In this document: positions 33,905-35,162 of the stretch, in pieces
Layout of the letters: every line of letters begins with the position of its first letter
Position numbering within the stretch: the stretch's first letter is position 1
Source of the DNA: an uncultured bacterium
GTDB taxonomy: Bacteria; Omnitrophota; Omnitrophia; Omnitrophales; Aquincolibacteriaceae
Length of the DNA: 35,162 bases
Assembly (NCBI GenBank): GCA_964389345.1
Contig: CAYMER010000070.1
Location: 1-35,162 of the forward strand
Reading direction: 5' to 3'
Made by a program: the position numbers and the translations under genes
Notes under the pieces: model-generated
Database searches by the model: none
What the model saw: the letters and a program-made list of their open reading frames with translations, nothing else
Told to the model about the DNA's origin: nothing

Positions 33905-34108
33905 GAAATGAACGTTTGTCCTTTCGGGATTTACCTAGGGAAGACTTAATCGAAAGATAACACATATTCTTTAAATTTCAAGGGGTTGAAAAAGGATTTA
34001 TCAAGGTATGTTTAAAGCCATTTGAAGAAACCCCCTATTATGATCGGTCGCTATAAATTGCTAGAAAATGAGCTGGAAAGCATTAAGAAGAAAACTTTCT
34101 CCAAGCTA

Positions 34109-34137
34109 TTGATTTTAAACAGGTTCTGAGCTATAAA
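34109..34137 (+). promoter_or_regulatory. Sigma-70-type promoter candidate for the plus-strand gene
   Basis: TTGATT (34109-34114), a 17-nt spacer, then TATAAA (34132-34137). The predicted transcription start is near 34144. The consensus is borrowed from model bacteria and the host is unknown. Confidence 0.3.
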
Positions 34138-34287
34138 TATAAGGGGTCGGAGCTTTTCCCGACTCACTCATCCTGAGCCTGCCGAAAGGCAGATCGAAGG
34201 ATCTCATTCGAGATTCTTCGGCCCATTGTTTTCTTGCGAAAGCAAAAAGCAGGCCTCAGAATGACGGAACTATCAAATCGAATTCTC

Positions 34288-34292
34288 GAGGA
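34288..34292 (+). promoter_or_regulatory. Shine-Dalgarno candidate for ATG 34297
   Basis: GAGGA lies 4 nt upstream of ATG 34297. Confidence 0.4.
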
Positions 34293-34296
34293 TGTT

Positions 34297-35130
34297 ATGC
34301 CAACAAAAAAAATCTTCACTGTTTTTCTTTTTTTGATTATCACGCTCGTTGCCGTTCCGCTTGCGCTGAGATCCGAAACGCCTGAGCCTAGCGCCGACAC
34401 TTCCCTTGCCTTATTGAATCTCGCGGTCCCCGAAGAGATCGGGAAAGTCCAGGAACGTTTTACCGGAAACAGTGCAAGGACGATCATTCAGATCCAGGAT
34501 GTTCACGCGCACGCCGCAGCCCAGCAGAACATCGCAGCTATTCTGGAGCGCCTTCGTGTGGTATTTAGCATTGAGAAGGCCGCGCTCGAAGGCGCTTGGA
34601 CCGCCACTTCCCTTCCCGAAAGTCACGCAATCCCGACCTCTCGTGAAAAACAGCTTCTCGCCGGAACCCTGCTTGAAAATGATCAGATTTCAGGGCCGGT
34701 CTATGCCGCGATCATGTCCCCGGAACCGATCACGCTGATTGGGATCGAAGACAAAACGTCCTATGAAAAGAACAGGACTCTTTTTCTGGATCATTTCAGG
34801 CAGACAAAAGAGATCGAGGAAAAACTCCGTGCTTATGGAGCGTCACTGCAAGAGTTGCAAAGATCCGCCTGGGGACCGGAGCTTTTGGCCTTCGGAAATG
34901 CCTTCGGAAAATTCCGGGACACCTCCGACCTTGGAAAATTTTTTCTGGTCCTCCTCAAAGCCGCAGAAAACCAGAGCGTGGATATTTCCGACCTTGCTCA
35001 GATCCTTTTGCTCCGGGACATTATGGCCTTGGAAAAAAGCTTCGAAAAGGAACGCCTCGAAGCGGAGGTCAAACGGGTCATTAAAAAATACAAGAACAGG
35101 CCCTGGACGATCGAAGAATTGATCCGAGGC
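34297..35130 (+). CDS. Exported or membrane-anchored paralogue of the giant ORF N-terminal module (partial, truncated by the contig end)
   Basis: The frame is open from 34177 to the window end, so it is not in the ORF track. ATG 34297 gives MPTKKIFTVFLFLIITLVAVPLAL, a signal/anchor sequence. An in-frame ATG at 34261 is the alternative start. VPEEIGKVQERF..RTIIQIQDVHAHAAAQQNIAAILERL..EKAALEGA aligns with IPAEFGKITDII..PLLIHIQEAHANYDAQKNIKAILEHL..KQIFLEGA of the giant ORF. The last 32 nt of the window are adapter and are excluded. Confidence 0.75.
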
Positions 35131-35162
35131 AGATCGGAAGAGCACACGTCTGAACTCCAGTC
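35131..35162. other. Illumina TruSeq adapter remnant (sequencing/assembly artefact)
   Basis: AGATCGGAAGAGCACACGTCTGAACTCCAGTC is the exact first 32 nt of the TruSeq read-through adapter. Confidence 0.93.

Larger units (their letters stand above)
31982..33805 (-). other. N-terminal exported module with a distant Tiki/TraB/ChaN/erythromycin-esterase-like signature
   Basis: PLLIHIQEAHANYDAQKNIKAILEHL (about 33680-33760) and AVLITGGFHAEG (about 32420-32455) resemble the paired GE-x-H and G-x-x-H motifs of that superfamily. The module is paralogous to the plus-strand gene at 34297. It carries two in-frame palindromic inserts. Confidence 0.3.
33905..34296. promoter_or_regulatory. AT-rich divergent intergenic region between the giant ORF and its plus-strand paralogue
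   Basis: This is the only clearly non-coding, AT-rich stretch in the window. It must contain both promoters if the two genes are transcribed from here. Confidence 0.55.

Noticed and set aside
33441-33461. The tandem 7-mer TCCGTAC x3 as an independent microsatellite.
   Set aside because: It is the expanded right arm of palindromic element copy B. The matching left arm carries the complementary 7-mer duplication.
1-33904. An alternative genetic code (stop-codon reassignment) as the explanation for the absence of long minus-strand ORFs in the track.
   Set aside because: The coding phase contains no standard stop codon at all, so no recoding is needed. The ORF is simply unreported because it has no stop inside the window. 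The partial plus-strand ORF at 34297 to the end is missing from the track for the same reason.
33905-34100. A specific sigma-70 promoter for the giant ORF on the minus strand (for example TTGAAA..TATCTT or TAGCAA..CATAAT on the complement).
   Set aside because: The candidate hexamers have poor -10 elements or non-canonical spacing. I report only the intergenic region as a whole.

Overview
One gene dominates this window. An uninterrupted minus-strand reading frame starts at ATG 33904 and is still open at coordinate 1 (at least 11,301 codons, about 33.9 kb, C-terminus outside the window). It is missing from the supplied ORF track only because it has no stop codon inside the window. All listed minus-strand ORFs lie in the other two phases, and the long plus-strand ORFs (up to 537 aa) are antisense shadows. 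The product is neither a repeat-rich adhesin nor an NRPS/PKS. It is a signal-peptide-led chain of unrelated, individually recognisable enzyme and regulator modules, interspersed with transmembrane segments and unknown modules. The recognisable modules are: Tiki/ChaN-like N-module, HAD phosphatase, sigma-70 region-4 HTH, class II aldolase, NDP-forming acyl-CoA synthetase, receiver domain, histidine phosphatase, histidine kinase, MraZ-like, PHP, DapA-family lyase, clan GH-A glycosidase, kinase-like fold and GT35 glucan-phosphorylase-like. The most striking signal is the pentapeptide R-S-E-x-R. It punctuates the chain 34 times (plus about 8 degenerate copies), almost always at module boundaries, and is encoded with all six Ser and all six Arg codons. 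That is peptide-level, not DNA-level, conservation. I interpret it as a candidate processing or recognition site in a polyprotein-like giant gene; this is a hypothesis. Other observations: two internal module duplications; an internal Met plus signal-peptide-like segment in front of the glycosidase module; a membrane topology that cannot suit all modules at once; two copies of a palindromic mini-element inserted in frame in the N-terminal module; a divergently transcribed partial paralogue of that N-terminal module on the plus strand (34297 to the contig end); an AT-rich divergent promoter region (33905-34296); and 32 nt of Illumina TruSeq adapter at the right end (35131-35162), which marks this as an unpolished metagenome-type contig. 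No rRNA, tRNA, CRISPR array or transposase was recognised. Taxonomy cannot be assigned from this window alone.
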